The notes under the pieces: generated by a model | What the model saw: only the letters and a program-made list of their open reading frames with translations | The model's database searches: none | Told to the model about the DNA's origin: nothing | Part shown: piece by piece, positions 1-15,775 of the stretch | Numbering within the stretch: position 1 is the stretch's first letter | How the letters are laid out: every line of letters starts with the position of its first letter | DNA from: Phyllobates terribilis | Taxonomy: Eukaryota | Assembly: GCF_046119375.1 (NCBI RefSeq) | Contig: NW_027362772.1 | Location: 54,312,001 to 54,376,000 of the forward strand | Direction: 5' to 3' | DNA length: 64,000 bases | Made by a program: the position numbers and the translations under genes

Positions 1-310
1 AGTATTATAGTAGTTATATTCTTGTACATAGGGGGCAGTATTATAGTAGTTATAGTCTTGTACATAGGAGCAGTATTATAGTAGTTATATTCTAGTACAT
101 AGGGGGCAGTATTATAGTAGTTATATTCTTGTACATAGGAGCAGTATTATAGTAGTTATATTCTTGTACATAGGAGCAGTATTATAGTAGATATATTCTT
201 ATACATAGAGGGCAGTATTATAGTGGTTATATTCTTCCACATAGGGGCAGTATTATAGTAGTTATATTCTTGTACATAGGGGGCAGTATTATAGTGGTTA
301 GTTATATAAG
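1..310. repeat. ~38-39 bp tandem satellite (GCAGTATTATAGTAGTTATATTCTTGTACATAGG[A/G]), running off the window start
   Basis: Directly visible tandem units; reverse complement of the array at 62275-63970. Confidence 0.95.
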
Positions 311-1899
311 CAGTTATAGGCTTTTAAATGAACCTCCTTCTCTGCTAGAAGTTCCACCCAACTAACTAAACTGTTCTTGCAGAGTCAAGTCCAACACAAA
401 TATATAATTTTCCTATCTTGAATATTATTTTATCTTCAAAGCAAAGTTTTGCTTTTAGTCATATTTGCAGCCCGTAAATCTTGCGGTAATAAACACAGCT
501 TTTCTAGGGATTCGCTGTATATTTTAAAGGATAAGTTTCTCTTAAAGTGATCCAGTCATCATCACATAAAACTGCAACATGGGTTTAAAATGGCAAAATA
601 AATCCTGAGCTACCTGCATAGCAAGCCTACAGCACAGTAAACATCCGTATACCATAATTATAATACACAGTCAACCTCACACCTTGTGTTCTACATTAAA
701 TACAAATCGTGTAGTGTCTTGAGATAATTATATACCAATCTCCAAGAGGTCTATCTCGATGATCCACGACCTCAATGCAAAATCTATGAAATGGAGCTTT
801 CCTTCTCCACCCATCAGGTAATATTCATAATACTGTTGCACTCTAGCTGTAACCCTATTTAGGATTGAAAAAGGTGTGTGAAAATGTAAATTTTATCTAT
901 TACTGGGCCACCCCAACCATTTCGTGGTGTAGGGTCATTGGGCCCCACCAGGCATTCAGCACGACCCTTGTACCCCCTCTAGTTAAATCCCAAACATCAA
1001 GTGCCATCAAGTCTTTAGTGACTTCTGGTGGACATTTGCGCTTCTTCATGACCCCACTGTCTTCTTTTTTGGGTCATCTGGCTTCTCAATGACTCAATCT
1101 TGGGTATCCTGATTCTATCCATATTAAAGAATTCAGAATTAATTAGGGGAAATTTAGGACAGTCCAGAAAAATAGCAGGCGGTGAAATGACATATCTACA
1201 CTGGCAAATTAGGGTAGTCACTGCCATCAATGTAATATCGGACCCCGTACTAGATGGTCTTGGTGAGACACCGTTCAGTAAATTGCCTGGTTATCCCTGT
1301 CCTCTGTGGGTTGCCGGCAATTAGCGTGATACAACGAAACGCTGATCTATTTAATCCATCTGAGAAATTGAGAATAGGCTGGAAACCTACATCACATTAA
1401 TTACACATTATTACAGAGAGAGATTTTACAGGATCGAGCGTCTTGACATTTTTGTCATTTTTAAACCACTTAAGGAATTACATCCTGTCATTCTAGATAT
1501 CAGTGAGTACTTACCCAGACACAGGAGGGCGCTGTAGAGGCCAGACCTGAGAAACAGCTTCATTTTGAGATTTTTGCTGTAGTTCTAGGAAAAGATGTGA
1601 CATCCACAGAGTTGATCCTAGAAATGATGCAGAATATAAACAGGTCCTACTGCTCTTGACATGGGAGGACCAGGGAGGGGTGAAAGCCAGGGCGATGGTT
1701 CTGTACTAGTGATACCTGCAAGTCAAGGCCTGATGATCCCTTTAGGGGATTAACCACATTATGGCTATACATAATGTTTATGATCACTAAACAGCTGGTT
1801 CAGCAATGGTGACTAACTCCAATATCATTAATCAATGTTGTGAAGTCTTTAAAGAGTTTATCTGGGGTTTGACAGGCCCACTGGATTATCAAAGGATCT

Positions 1900-2420
1900 A
1901 TCCGTAGTCCAGAAGAAGACAACCCTGAGTGTTCCAGAAAAAGACAGAAGACAACCTCGAGTGGTCCTGAAAACGAAAGAAGACAACTCCAAGTGGTCCA
2001 GGAGAAGACAACCCCAAATGCTCCAGACGTAGACAGAAAAAGACAACCCCAAGTGGACAAGAATAAGACAGATAAAAAAACATAAGTGGTTCAGAAAAAG
2101 ACTAAAGACAACCTCCAGTGGTCCTAACAAAAGATAGAAGAAGACAAATCCAAGTGATCCAGAAGAAGCCAACCTCAAGTGGTCCAGCTGAGGACATAAA
2201 AAGACAACCCAAGTTGTCCAGAAGAAGACTGAAAAAAACAAACAAGTGGTTTAGAAGAAGACAACCCCAAGTGGTCTAGACGCAGACAGAAAAAGACAAC
2301 TCCAAGTGGTCCAGACGACGACAGAAGAAGTCTACCCCAAGTGGCCCAGAAGAAGAAAACCTCTAGTGGTCCAAAAGAAGACAACCCGAAGTGGTCCAGA
2401 AGAAAACAACCCCATTTACA
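1900..2420. repeat. Degenerate tandem repeat of GAAGA(A)GACAACC..AAGTGGTCCA-type units
   Basis: The motif aagacaacc...caagtggtcca recurs more than 10 times at irregular ~20-45 bp spacing. Confidence 0.75.
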
Positions 2421-3130
2421 AATTATTTTGAGCCAGTCATTTGCTACATTGTGGATCCCCAAAAGCAGTTCACTACCAGCTTTACCCCCCATCCCTATCC
2501 CATCAAAATAAATGGCCAATCACCATTAGAAACACTTCTCAGGGAGCCATTGAAGAATCTGAAAACATCCATAATGAATAATTTCTTATGGGATGAATTA
2601 CTAATATTCTATTAGATCTTAAGATGAAATTAATCACATCATGGCATGTGACATATATATATACATCGAGTATCTGGAGCAGGCTCAGAAACTGTTGGAG
2701 TGCCCCTATGGCTGACATCTCAAAATTCATGCCACAGGTTGGGCTTCAGAGGAGACCATCATTTTAGCTATATGCTGCAATACAATGGTGTTTCAGTATA
2801 TTGAACAAGTGATGAATGGACGACTCAAGATTCAAGCCTCCCAAGGGGGCTAAAAAAAACTTCTAAAAAATATAAAAATTTAACTCTAGTGCCAACTATT
2901 GGACGTAACAATCCTAAAATATTGACTCTTTAACGAGCATTGCCACATGACTTCGCTTAAAAGCCAAACCAGAATCTCAATTTGCAGACACATGTTTTGG
3001 GATGTTGTCCCTCCTCAGTGCAAAGCATAAGATCTGATTTAGCAGTATAAGAGGCCTCTGACTGGGGTCTAAGGGGTAACGTTTCACATTATGGAGTGTG
3101 ACACGCCAGATATGCCAGGGTAAGGAGTTC
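2420..3130 (+). mobile_element. Decayed L1-like ORF2 3' fragment
   Basis: Translated pieces PYPIKING...LKNLKTSIMNNFLWD and RHMFWD resemble the post-RT and C-terminal cysteine-rich motifs of L1 ORF2 (recognised from memory). Confidence 0.4.
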
Positions 3131-3970
3131 CTTCAAATGTACAACTCATCCTTAAAAAAAAAAAAAAACTTCAATATGTAGATGGAAACAAAAAAAATTA
3201 TGACTCTTGGCAGAAGGGTAAGTTAAAAAACGAAAGCCTAAAAATGAGATTTGGCCACGGTGGGAAAGAAGGGGTTAAAATGGCTCTTTATATGTCCTGT
3301 GCAGGTGGAGGGTGGACCCTCTCAAAGACATCTTCTCTCTTAGGCCCAAAAAATACAAGTCGGATTGTGGCTGCCATGAACCATCTTGAAGGTATGGAAT
3401 CTGTAAATTCATCTTTGGTGAAGACAAATTGTTTTGGGGCAGTCCTGGACTCTTGGGGCAGTTGAGCATACGCACTGCCGCTCCATTTTAATGGGAATAA
3501 AAGTGTCCTGTTTTGAAGATCAGTGATGGTTCCAGCAATCGGACCCCCACCCATGTGGATAAGGTGATAAAGGGGTTGCCTAGTGAAAACAAGTTAAGAA
3601 GCCAATAGGAGGAGTTGGTGGCCACATAGGAAACCTCCAGAAAGGTCATGTTACTCATTGGTTATTTTTTTTTTTTTTATATGTCCATACTACTATAACA
3701 TTTGTATACTCTTATGTGCACCTGTAGTAAACCTGTGATGCAATTTTAGATTGGGCAATGGCAAGTTGTACATGAGTCAACACACAACACCCTACATGAA
3801 CTTGGCACGTACAAATAATCGGGGCGGAGGGGAGACCCGAATTTCCAACCGAAACTCTTACAAATGAAAATTCAGTATAATTACAGGAAGTTTTATATAA
3901 AATGTACTAGTATTACTAGTGTTTTTTATGCTTATAACTTTCTAGGGATTATTTTTTCTTTGGATTTATA

Positions 3971-5797
<1,827 letters not shown>

Positions 5798-6403
5798 GGT
5801 TTTACAATGTTAGAGTACGCCTCATACGCTAATGACACTTGTGTATGATTACTAGTGTTTATGGACTTTTATAACCTCCCACAGATTCATTCACATAGTA
5901 GCGTAGGTTGAATAAAGACCTAGGTCCATCAAGTTCAACCTTCCTCCCCCAATTGTACTCCCTGCACTAACTTACTAACTTACTGGGACTAGGCCTCACA
6001 AATGTATTATTACTAGTGTTGAGCATTCCTATACTGAAATATCGGGTATCGGCCGATATTCGCGGTATCGGAATTCCGATACTTAATTCCGATACTTTTA
6101 GAATATCGTATACCGGAATCGGAAGTTCCCATAATGCAATGAGCCAGTTTCATTTTATTCAGCCAATGAGGATCCTAAGAAGTGTGGGCACATCCTGTTA
6201 GGCATGTAGGCATGTTAACTAATGGCATGGCTGTGACTGGCTGCTGAAATGATGTCATGATGCACTATAAAAGCCGCCGCCGCCATTTTGAGCTCACTCT
6301 GCTGTGAATTCAGTTAGGGATAGGATGCTGTTGTTCTGAGGGACCGTTTTAGCTACCTATTTGCTCTATTCTGCTTTACCCAAGCTACTTTATAAATCGC
6401 TGT

Positions 6404-7192
6404 GCCTTGCAGCGCTAGTGCACAGTTCTCTGTGCTGTTCACCGCTGTCTGCAAGGTCTCTGTGTGTGAGTGCAGCTCACCCTGTAGTGTGTGCTTCAGC
6501 CACGTCTGGTTGTAGTGCACTCAGTGTGCGTCACTGCCTCATACATTGTCCTTTTTTGCTAATTGATAATTTTTCCTGATTTCTCCTATTAGTGTGGTGG
6601 TTCCATCCGTATTCAGCTAAATTGGTTCCAAACACACTATATAGGAGTAGATAGAGAATTTTTTTTGTCTTGCAGCGCTAGTGCACAGTGCTCTGCATCT
6701 GTACTGTTCACCGCTGTCTGCAAGGTCTGGTGTGTGAGTGCAGCTCACCCTGTAGTGTGTGCTTCAGCCACGTCTGGTTGTAGTGCACTCAGTGTGTGTC
6801 ACTGCCTCATACATTGTCCTTTTTTGCCAATTCATAATTTTTCCTGATATCTCCTATTAGTGTGGTGGTTCCATCCGTATTCAGCTAAATTGGTTCCAAA
6901 CACACTATATAGGAGTAGATAGAGAATTTTTTTTGTCTTGCAGCGCTAGTTCACAGTGCTCTGCATCTGCACTGTTCACGCCTGTCTGCAAGGTCTGGTG
7001 TGTGAGTGCAGCTCACCCTGTAGTGTGTGCTTCAGCCACGTCTGGTTGTAGTGCGCTCAGCGTGCGTCACTGCCTCATACATTGTCCGTTTATGCTAATT
7101 GATAATTTTTCCTGATTTCTCCTATTAGTGTGGTGGTTCCATCCGTATTCAGCTACATTGATTCCAAACACACTATATAGGAGTAGATAGAG
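6404..7192 (+). repeat. Three direct repeats of ~263-268 bp in the hAT 5' region
   Basis: cttgcagcgctag starts at 6406, 6669 and 6937, each followed by near-identical sequence. Confidence 0.9.
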
Positions 7193-7547
7193 GAGCCTTT
7201 CTGCAGCATTGTGCCCTGCAGCCCCAGCCAGATTAGTATTAGCCTATTTTTTGTAGCCTCATCTATTGCATTGTAGGCTACCTTCCTGCATTGTAATAGC
7301 TACAAAAAGTTTGTGATACTATCCTTATTACATCTTTGGGCACATCCAGTGTCTTTTTGTGACAAAAAAAAACTAAATAAAGTTCACCAAACACTCCACT
7401 TTACAGTTGTGTAGGCCACATTAGCTCATATTAAAGTCTAGTCCACACTTTATTAAATTAGTGTTTCTTATACCTGTTAGCAGCTGTTCAGGAATAAGCA
7501 CACTAAGCCCTTAGTACTTTTCTGCCTATCTTTATCAGTCTACCAAG

Positions 7548-10500
7548 ATGAAGAAGGCAGGGAGTAAGGCATGTGGTCGTGGTCGTGGGCGTGGGCGTGG
7601 AGTTTCTGCAGGGAGAGGACGTGAGGATTCTGTGCCTGCAGGGAGAGGACGTGGGGATTCTGTGCATGCTGCGGGCACCCGTGACTCAACATCCCCCAGT
7701 TTTACCACGGAACAGTCCTTTATGCGCAGCTTTGTAGGAGCTAGCCGTACCCCACTGCTGCGGGAGGATCAAATTGAAGCCGTTGTCGGATGGATGGCAG
7801 CTAATGCATCGACTTCAATTAGTTCCAGATCCTCTCAGGTCCTGAGCAATGAAGAGCACCCATCTGTCTCTTCACCACCTGCCAGATTGCCCAGGCAGTC
7901 AGAGAGCCCTGGACAGGAGCCATCTCTACTTCTGTTCTCTGAATCTCTTGGCTTGGAAAGAGGGGGCCAGCCAAGCAGAATTCGTGAATTTGAAGAAGAA
8001 GTAGTATGCAGTGATGCGCAACCGTTTTGTCTCTCTGAATCTGAAGAGGCGGGTGGGCCAGTGCCTATGGTCAGCAGCACACCTCAGTACGCATCTGATG
8101 ATGAGACTCAGGTGCCACTTTCTGGTGCGTACTGTGCTGTCGAGACTACCCAGGAGAAGCAGTTGTTTGAAGAGGGTGGTGTAGATGATGAGGTCCTTGA
8201 CCCATCATGGCGTGAGGGACAGGAAGGTGGTGGGAGCAGCTCTGAGGAATAGAATCCCCGAACGGCCCAAAAAGGAGTGAGAGGGAGGGGGCAGACTTGG
8301 TTGCCTGTAGCCTCCACTTCGGCACCCATTAGGAGCATGGCTCTTCCAAAATCCAAAGCTGGCGCTCCCAAGATTTGCAGTGCCTGGTCCTTTTTTGACA
8401 CAGTTGCAGATGACATTTGCTTTGTCAAATGCAAGCTGTGTAATCAGAAGGTGAAAAGAGGGAAAAGTGTCAGCAACCTCAATACCACAAATATGTGGAA
8501 ACATGTGCGGACCAAGCATGTGGTGGAGTTACAAAAACACACTGAAGACCTAGGCCAACCTACAGCGCCACCTACCACCTCTTCAGCTCGTATTGTAGCC
8601 TCTTCCTCCAGCTCACACACAGCTGGTTCGGCTTCCTCACAGGATCGCCATGGAAGAACCTCTGGCACTGTTGTACAGAGACACAGTGTAATTCCACCCA
8701 CAGCACCACTTTCCCTGTCATCCTCACACTCCCAGGCCAGTCTACAGCCATCGTTAGCACAGGCATGGGAGAAGAGGCGCCCATACTCGGCAAACCACCC
8801 CCGAGTACAGGCTCTGAATGCTGGCATTGCAAAACTACTGGCCCTTGAAATGCTATCATTCAGGCTGGTGGAGACTGACACCTTCCGTAACTTTATGGCA
8901 TTGGCAGTCCCACAATACAACGTGCCCAGCCGCTTTTATTTCAGAAGGCAAGCCGTCCCTGCCCTGCAACAGCATGTGGAGGGAAAAATTAAACATGCGC
9001 TACAAAACGCCGTCAGTAGCAAGGTCCACCTGACCACCGATGCGTGGACCAGTAAGCATGGACATGGACGATACCTTTCCCTCACTGCCCATTGGGTAAA
9101 TGTTGTGGAGCCGGGTACAGATCTTGAGAGTGGCGCTGTACGTGTTCTGCCAACTCCAAGGATTGCAGGAATCCAGTCTGTACACATTGACTCCTCCTCA
9201 TACTCCAGTTCCTCTGAATCAGCGCTGCAGGAGCCGTCACGGTCTACCTCCACATCGACCCGTGAACGGTTACCTGTTATGATGACCGATATGAGCACAG
9301 CCGTGGCCAAACGTCAACAGGCCGTATTAATATTAATTTCTTTGGGGAATCGAAGCCACACAGCGCAGGAGCTCTGGAATGCCATCAAGCAGCAGACCGA
9401 CGTGTGGTTTGTGCCAGCGAATCTCCAGCCAGGCATGGCAGTGTGTGAAAATGGCCGAAATCTGGTGGCAGCTCTGGGCCTAGGCAACCTCACTCACATT
9501 CCATGTTTGGCACATGTGCTCAACTTGGTCGTGCAGAGTTTTTTGAGGGACTATCCGGATCTTGAGGCACTGCTGCACAAGGTCCGCATAGAGTGCTCTC
9601 ACTTGCGGCGTTCTAGCAACGCAAGATCGCGCATTGCAGCTCTGCAGCGCCGATTACGTCTTCCGGAACATCGCATCATATGTGACCTACAAACCAGGTG
9701 GAATTCAACGTTACATATGTTGGAGAGGTTGTGTGAGCAGCAGGCAGCAGTAATGGAGTACCAGCTGCAGCAGGCGCAAACAAGTCGCAGTGCGCGCCGT
9801 TCACACTTCACCACCACTGAGTGGGCCTCTATGAAGGACATTTGCCACGTTTGCGTGCCTTCGATTATTCCACGCGGATGGCGAGTGCAGATGATGCACT
9901 AGTCAGCATGACTATCCCCCTTATCTGCCTGCTTGAAATAACACTGCAAGCACTAAGGGAGCAGGTTTTGGGAGAGGTGGAGGATGAGGAGTCACAAATG
10001 CCATCTGCTTCTGTACAGTCTGCGCAACGTGGTTCCTCACAAAGGTCTAGGCAGGGGACACTTTGTGAGGAGGATGAGGAGGAGTCAATGGAGGAGGAAG
10101 ACATCTGTCCAGAGGAGGGAGGTACACAATGCTCTAGTAGTCAGTATCTAGAGCGAGGGTGGGGTGATGCAGAGCAGGCAGAGATCACGCCTCAAGCAGG
10201 GGACAGCGTTTCTTGGCCAGTTGGCAGTCTGCAGCACATGGTTGATTTCATGCTGCAGTGCCTGAGAAACGACCGCCGCATCGCCCACATTCTCAACACG
10301 GCTGATTATTGGGTGTCCACCCTCCTAGATCCTCGCTACCGGGACAACTTACAAAGCCTCATAACACCGTTGAACCGGGAACGTAAAATGCGGGAGTACC
10401 AAGACGCACTGGTGCATTCCATCATGTTCTCCATTCCAACCAAGAGCAGTGCTGCTAGTGCTTTACAAAGCAGCTCAGTGCGTCAAGGCAGTGGAGGAAG

Positions 10501-10939
10501 CTCTGCACAAAGAGGGAGCAGAAGCAGCGCCTCAGCACAAGGAAAGACCAGTATGGCCCAAATGTGGCAAAGTTTTGTGTCCCCGCCGCCACAAATGTCT
10601 ACACCATCACAGACGGCTCCAGTCAGCAGGAGGCAACGTTTCCGTCAGATGGTGACAGACTACATGTCTTGCCCTCTCAGTGTACTCCCAGACGGCTCTT
10701 CCCCCTTCAAGTTTTGGGTCTCTAAGCTGGATACATGGCCAGAGCTTAGCCAGTATGCATTGGAGGTGCTGGCTTGCCCTGCTGCTAGTGTATTATCGGA
10801 ACGCGTCTTTAGTGCCGCAGGTGGTGTACTAACAGACAGTCGCATGCGCCTATCCTCCGATAACGTTGACCGGCTTACTTTTCTGAAAATGAACAAGGCC
10901 TGGATCTCGCATGAATTTGCCAGTCCTCTTCCAGAATAA
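7548..10939 (+). pseudogene. hAT (ZBED-like) transposase, ~1130 aa when reconstructed; one in-frame stop and one frameshift
   Basis: ORFs 7548-8252 and 8277-9902 are in frame across a TAG. A 1-nt deletion near 9850 joins them to 9821-10939. BED finger W..F...CKLC...H....H; TTDAWTS (D1); VCENG (second catalytic D appears as E); CLAH; RWNST; SVLSERVFS (E, hATC dimerisation domain). Confidence 0.92.
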
Positions 10940-10989
10940 ATAATTGGTTGGCAACAGTATCCAGGTCTCCTGTTGTGTTCATATTTCTA

Positions 10990-11600
10990 CCACCTGAACT
11001 GTAATCCCTGAGCTCCAACACCGCCAGTTGCTGCTCAGAAGTGGCATCTGCACAGTCAATGCTTGCTCCAGTGTTATTGGGGTTCAGTAACGTCAGCGGA
11101 TCCCCAGCTGTGTGTCTGGCAAATTCTCCTGCTCTGTCCACATCCACTGTACTACTAATTTAAAACTAACTCCAATTATACCTCTGGCTCCTCTGTTTTT
11201 AGTATTTACCCTGGGCTCCAACACCGCTAGTTGCTGCTCAGAAGTCCCGTCTGCACAGTCAATGCTTGATCCAGTGATATTGGGGTTCAGTAACGTCAGC
11301 TGATCCCCAGCTGTGTGTCCAGCAAATTCTCCTGCTCTGTCCACATCCACTGTACTACTAATTTAAAACTTGCTCCAATGACACCTCTTGCTCCTCTGTT
11401 TTTAGTATTATCCCTGAACTCCAACACCGCCAGTTGGCGCTCAGAAGTGCCGTCTGCACAGTCAACACTTGCGGCCATGTTATTGGGGTTCAGTAACATC
11501 AGCTGTTCCCCTGCTGTGTGTACGGCAATTTCTCCTGCTCTGTCCACATTCACACTACTAGTCTACTACTGATTTTAAAGTTGCTCCAATTAGGCCTCTG
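10990..11600. repeat. Three ~203-bp tandem repeats immediately 3' of the transposase
   Basis: Equivalent ORF ends at 11147, 11350 and 11553 (203-bp spacing); repeated ctccaacaccgc.agttg...ggggttcagtaac. Confidence 0.9.
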
Positions 11601-11619
11601 GCTCCACTCTGTTTTTAGT

Positions 11620-14600
11620 ATTTACCCTGGGTTCCAGCACCGCCAGCTGTTTCCCAGCAGTGTCTTTGGCACGGGTACTCCCTCCTACCCAGCCTGGTTC
11701 CAGCACGCCAGCTGTTTCCGGGTAGTGTCAACGTCACTTTGCCTCCAATACGTTGTCCTGTCGTGTTGTGGTCGTGTTAGCCGACTCTATGGTGCCTGCA
11801 GTTTAGGTGACTCCTATGTGGGCTGCAGGATCTGGCAATGAAGGCTGGTTCCATAGTGCCAATAGGACAAGCACCCCCTGTAGGACTGTGGGTTTCGGTA
11901 ACTGCGACCGGCTCGCGGCCTTGCAACTTTTTTTTCATGGGTACCTTCTGCTACCCATCCGAGTTCCAGTACCGTCAGCTGGTTCTCGGCAGTGCCTTTG
12001 GCTTAGGTGGCTCCTTCTCGGTATCCAAGTTCCACCAACGTCTGCTGGTCCTTGGTAGTGCTTTCTGGCACAGGTACCTCCTGCTTAGTAACCGGGTTCC
12101 AGTACCGTCAGCTGGTCCTCGGTAGTTCCATTGGCTCTTGTACCTTCTGCTACCCATCCGGGTTCCAGTACCGTCAGCTGGTTCTTGGCAGTGCCTTTGG
12201 CTTAGGTGCCTCCTTCTCAGTATCCAAGTTCCACCAACGTCTGCTGGTCCTTGGTAGTGCTTTCTGGCACAGGTACCTCCTGCTTAGTAACCGAGTTCCA
12301 GTACCGTCAGCTGGTCCTCGGTAGTTCCATTGGCTCTTGTACTTTCTGCTACCCATCCGGGTTCCAGTACCGTCAGCTGGTTCTTAGCAGTGCCTTTGGC
12401 TTAGGTGCCTCCTTCTCGGTATACAAGTTCCACCAACGTCTGCTGGTCCTTGGTAGTGCTTTCTGGCACAGGTACCTCCTGCTTAGTAACCGAATTCCAG
12501 TACAGTCAGCTGGTCCTCGGTAGTTCCATTGGCTCTTGTACCTTCTGCTACCCATCCAAGTTCCAGTACCGTCAGCTGGTTCTCGGCAGTGTCTTTGGCA
12601 TGGGTACTCCCTCCTGCCCAGCCTGGTTCCAGCACGCCAGCTGTTTCCGGGTAGTGTCAACATCACTTTGCCTCCAATACGTTGTCCTGTCCTGTTGTGG
12701 TCGGGTTAGCCGACTCTATGGTCCCTGCAGTTTAGGTGACTCCTATGTGGGCTGCGGAATCTGGCAATGAAGGCTGGTTCCATAGTGCCAATAGGACAAG
12801 CACCCCCTGTAGGACTGTGGGTTTCGGTAACTGTGGCCGGCTCGCGGCCTTGCAAGTTTTTTTTTCATGGGTACCTTCTGCTACCCATCCGAGTTCCAGT
12901 ACCGTTAGCTGGTTCTCGGCAGTGCCTTTGGCTTAGGAGCCTCCTTCTCGGTATCCAAGTTCCACCAACGCCTGCAGGTCCTTGGTAGTGCTTTCTGGCA
13001 CAGGTACCTCCTGCTTAGTAACCGAGTTCCAGTACCGTCAGCTGGTCCTTGGTAGTTCCATTGGCTCTTGTACCTTCTGCTACCCATCCGGGTTCCAGTA
13101 CCGTCAGCTGGTTCTCGGCAGTGCCTTTGGCTTAGGTGCCTCCTTCTCGGTATCCAAGTTCCACCAACGTCTGCTGGTCCTTGGTAGTGCTTTCTGGCAC
13201 AGGTACCTCCTGCTTAGTAACCGAGTTCCAGTACCGTCAGCTGGTCCTCGGTAGTTCCATTGGCTCTTGTACCTTCTGCTACCCATCCGAGTTCCAGTAC
13301 CGTCAGCTGGTTCTCGGCAGTGTCTTTGGCACGGGTACTCCCTCCTGCCCAGCCTGGTTCCAGCACGCCAGCTGTTTCCGGGTAGTGTCAACGTCACTTT
13401 GCCTCCAATGCGTTGTCCTGTCGTGTTGTGGTCGGGTTAGCCGACTCTATGGTGCCTGCAGTTTAGGTGACTCCTATGTGGGCTGCGGGATCTGGCAATG
13501 AAAGCTGGTTCCATAGTGCCAATAGGACAAGCACCCCCTGTAGGACTGTGGGTTTCGGTAACTGCGGCCGGCTCGCGACCTTGCAACTTTTTTTTTCATG
13601 GGTACCTTCTGCTACCCATCCGAGTTCCAGTACCGTCAGCTGGTTCTCGGCAGTGCCTTTGGCTTAGCTGCCTCCTTCTCGATATCCAAGTTCCACCAAC
13701 GTCTGCTGGTGCTTGGTAGTGCTTTCTGGCACAGGTACCTCCTGCTTAGTAATCGGGTTCCAGTACCGTCAGCTGGTCCTCGGTAGTTCCATTGGCTCTT
13801 GTACCTTCTGCTACCCATCCGGGTTCCAGTACCGTCAGCTCGTTCTCGGCAGTGCCTTTGGCTTAGGTGCCTCCTTCTCGGTATCCAAGTTCCACCAACG
13901 TCTGCTGGTTCTTGGTAGTGCTTTCTGGCACAGGTACCTCCTGCTTAGTAACCGAGTTCCAGTACCGTCAGCTGGTCCTCGGTAGTTCCATTGGCTCTTG
14001 TACTTTCTGCTACCCATCCGGGTTCCAGTACCGTCAGCTGGTTCTTAGCAGTGCCTTTGGCTTAGGTGCCTCCTTCTCGGTATACAAGTTCCACCAACGT
14101 CTGCTGGTCCTTGGTAGTGCTTTCTGGCACAGGTACCTCCTGCTTAGTAACCGAATTCCAGTACAGTCAGCTGGTCCTCGGTAGTTCCATTGGCTCTTGT
14201 ACCTTCTGCTACCCATCCAAGTTCCTGTACCGTCAGCTGGTTCTCGGCAGTGTCTTTGGCATGGGTACTCCCTCCTGCCCAGCCTGGTTCCAGCACGCCA
14301 GCTGTTTCCGGGTAGTGTCAACATCACTTTGCCTCCAATACGTTGTCCTGTCCTGTTGTGGTCGGGTTAGCCGACTCTATGGTCCCTGCAGTTTAGGTGA
14401 CTCCTATGTGGGCTGCGGAATCTGGCAATGAAGGCTGGTTCCATAGTGCCAATAGGACAAGCAACCCCTGTAGGACTGTGGGTTTTGGTAACTGTGGCCG
14501 GCTCGCGGCCTTGCAACTTTTTTTTTCATGGGTACCTTCTGCTACCCATCCGAGTTCCAGTACCGTTAGCTGGTTCTCGGCAGTGCCTTTGGCTTAGGAG

Positions 14601-15710
14601 CCTCCTTCTCGGTATCCAAGTTCCACCAACGCCTGCAGGTCCTAGGTAGTGCTTTCTGGCACAGGTACCTCCTGCTTAGTAACCGAGTTCCAGTACCGTC
14701 AGCTGGTCCTCGGTAGTTCCATTGGCTCTTGTACCTTCTGCTACCCATCCGGGTTCCAGTACCGTCAGCTGGTTCTCGGCAGTGCCTTTGGCTTAGGTGC
14801 CTCCTTCTCGGTATCCAAGTTCCACCAACGTCTGCTGGTCCTTGGTAGTGCTTTCTGGCACAGGTACCTCCTGCTTAGTAACCGAGTTCCAGTACCGTCA
14901 GCTGGTCCTCGGTAGTTCCATTGGCTCTTGTACCTTCTGCTACCCATCCGAGTTCCAGTACCGTCAGCTGGTTCTCGGCAGTGTCTTTGGCACGGGTACT
15001 CCCTCCTGCCCAGCCTGGTTCCAGCACGCCAGCTGTTTCCGGGTAGTGTCAACGTCACTTTGCCTCCAATGCGTTGTCCTGTCGTGTTGTGGTCGGGTTA
15101 GCCGACTCTATGGTGCCTGCAGTTTAGGTGACTCCTATGTGGACTGCGGGATCTGGCAATGAAGGCTGGTTCCATAGTGCCAATAGGACAAGCACCCCCT
15201 GTAGGACTGTAACTGCGGCCGGCTCGCGACCTTGCAACTTTTTTTTTCATGGGTACCTTCTGCTACTCATCCGAGTTCCAGTACCGTCAGCTGGTTCTCG
15301 GCAGTGCCTTTGGCTTAGCTGCCTCCTTCTCGATATCCAAGTTCCACCAACGTCTGCTGGTGCTTGGTAGTGCTTTCTGGCACAGGTACCTCCTGCTTAG
15401 TAACCGGGTTCCAGTACCGTCAGCTGGTCCTCGGTAGTTCCATTGGCTCTTGTACCTTCTGCTACCCATCCGGGTTCCAGTACCGTCAGCTCGTTCTCGG
15501 CAGTGCCTTTGGCTTAGGTGCCTCCTTCTCGGTATCCAAGTTCCACCAACGTCTGCTGGTCCTTGGTAGTGCTTTCTGGCACAGGTACCTCCTGCTTAGT
15601 AACCGAGTTCCAGTACCGTCAGCTGGTCCTCAGTAGTTCCATTGGCTCTTGTACCTCCTGCTACCCATCCGGGTTCCAGTACCGTCAGCTGGTTCTTGGC
15701 AGTTCCTCAG
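11620..15710. repeat. Higher-order tandem array (~66-bp monomer, 199-bp unit, ~333-bp spacer block, 1661-bp HOR) inside the hAT
   Basis: ORF-track recurrences at 11975/12174 (199 bp). Block starts at 11807, 12736, 13467, 14397 and 15128 (spacings 929, 731, 930, 731). Confidence 0.92.
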
Positions 15711-15775
15711 CCTTCTTGTACCTTCTGCTACATTTCCAAGTTCAAGCTTTTCGAAATGGTTTTTGGTAATCACTC

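Noticed and set aside
700-1400. Unique-looking sequence with short ORFs, possibly an exon or viral remnant
   Set aside because: Every frame has stops and no recognisable motif is present; a translated database search would be needed.
11807-15769. Dozens of 60-120 aa ORFs on both strands in the hAT array
   Set aside because: They arise from the 199-bp non-triplet repeat, recur with the repeat period and have no domain motifs.
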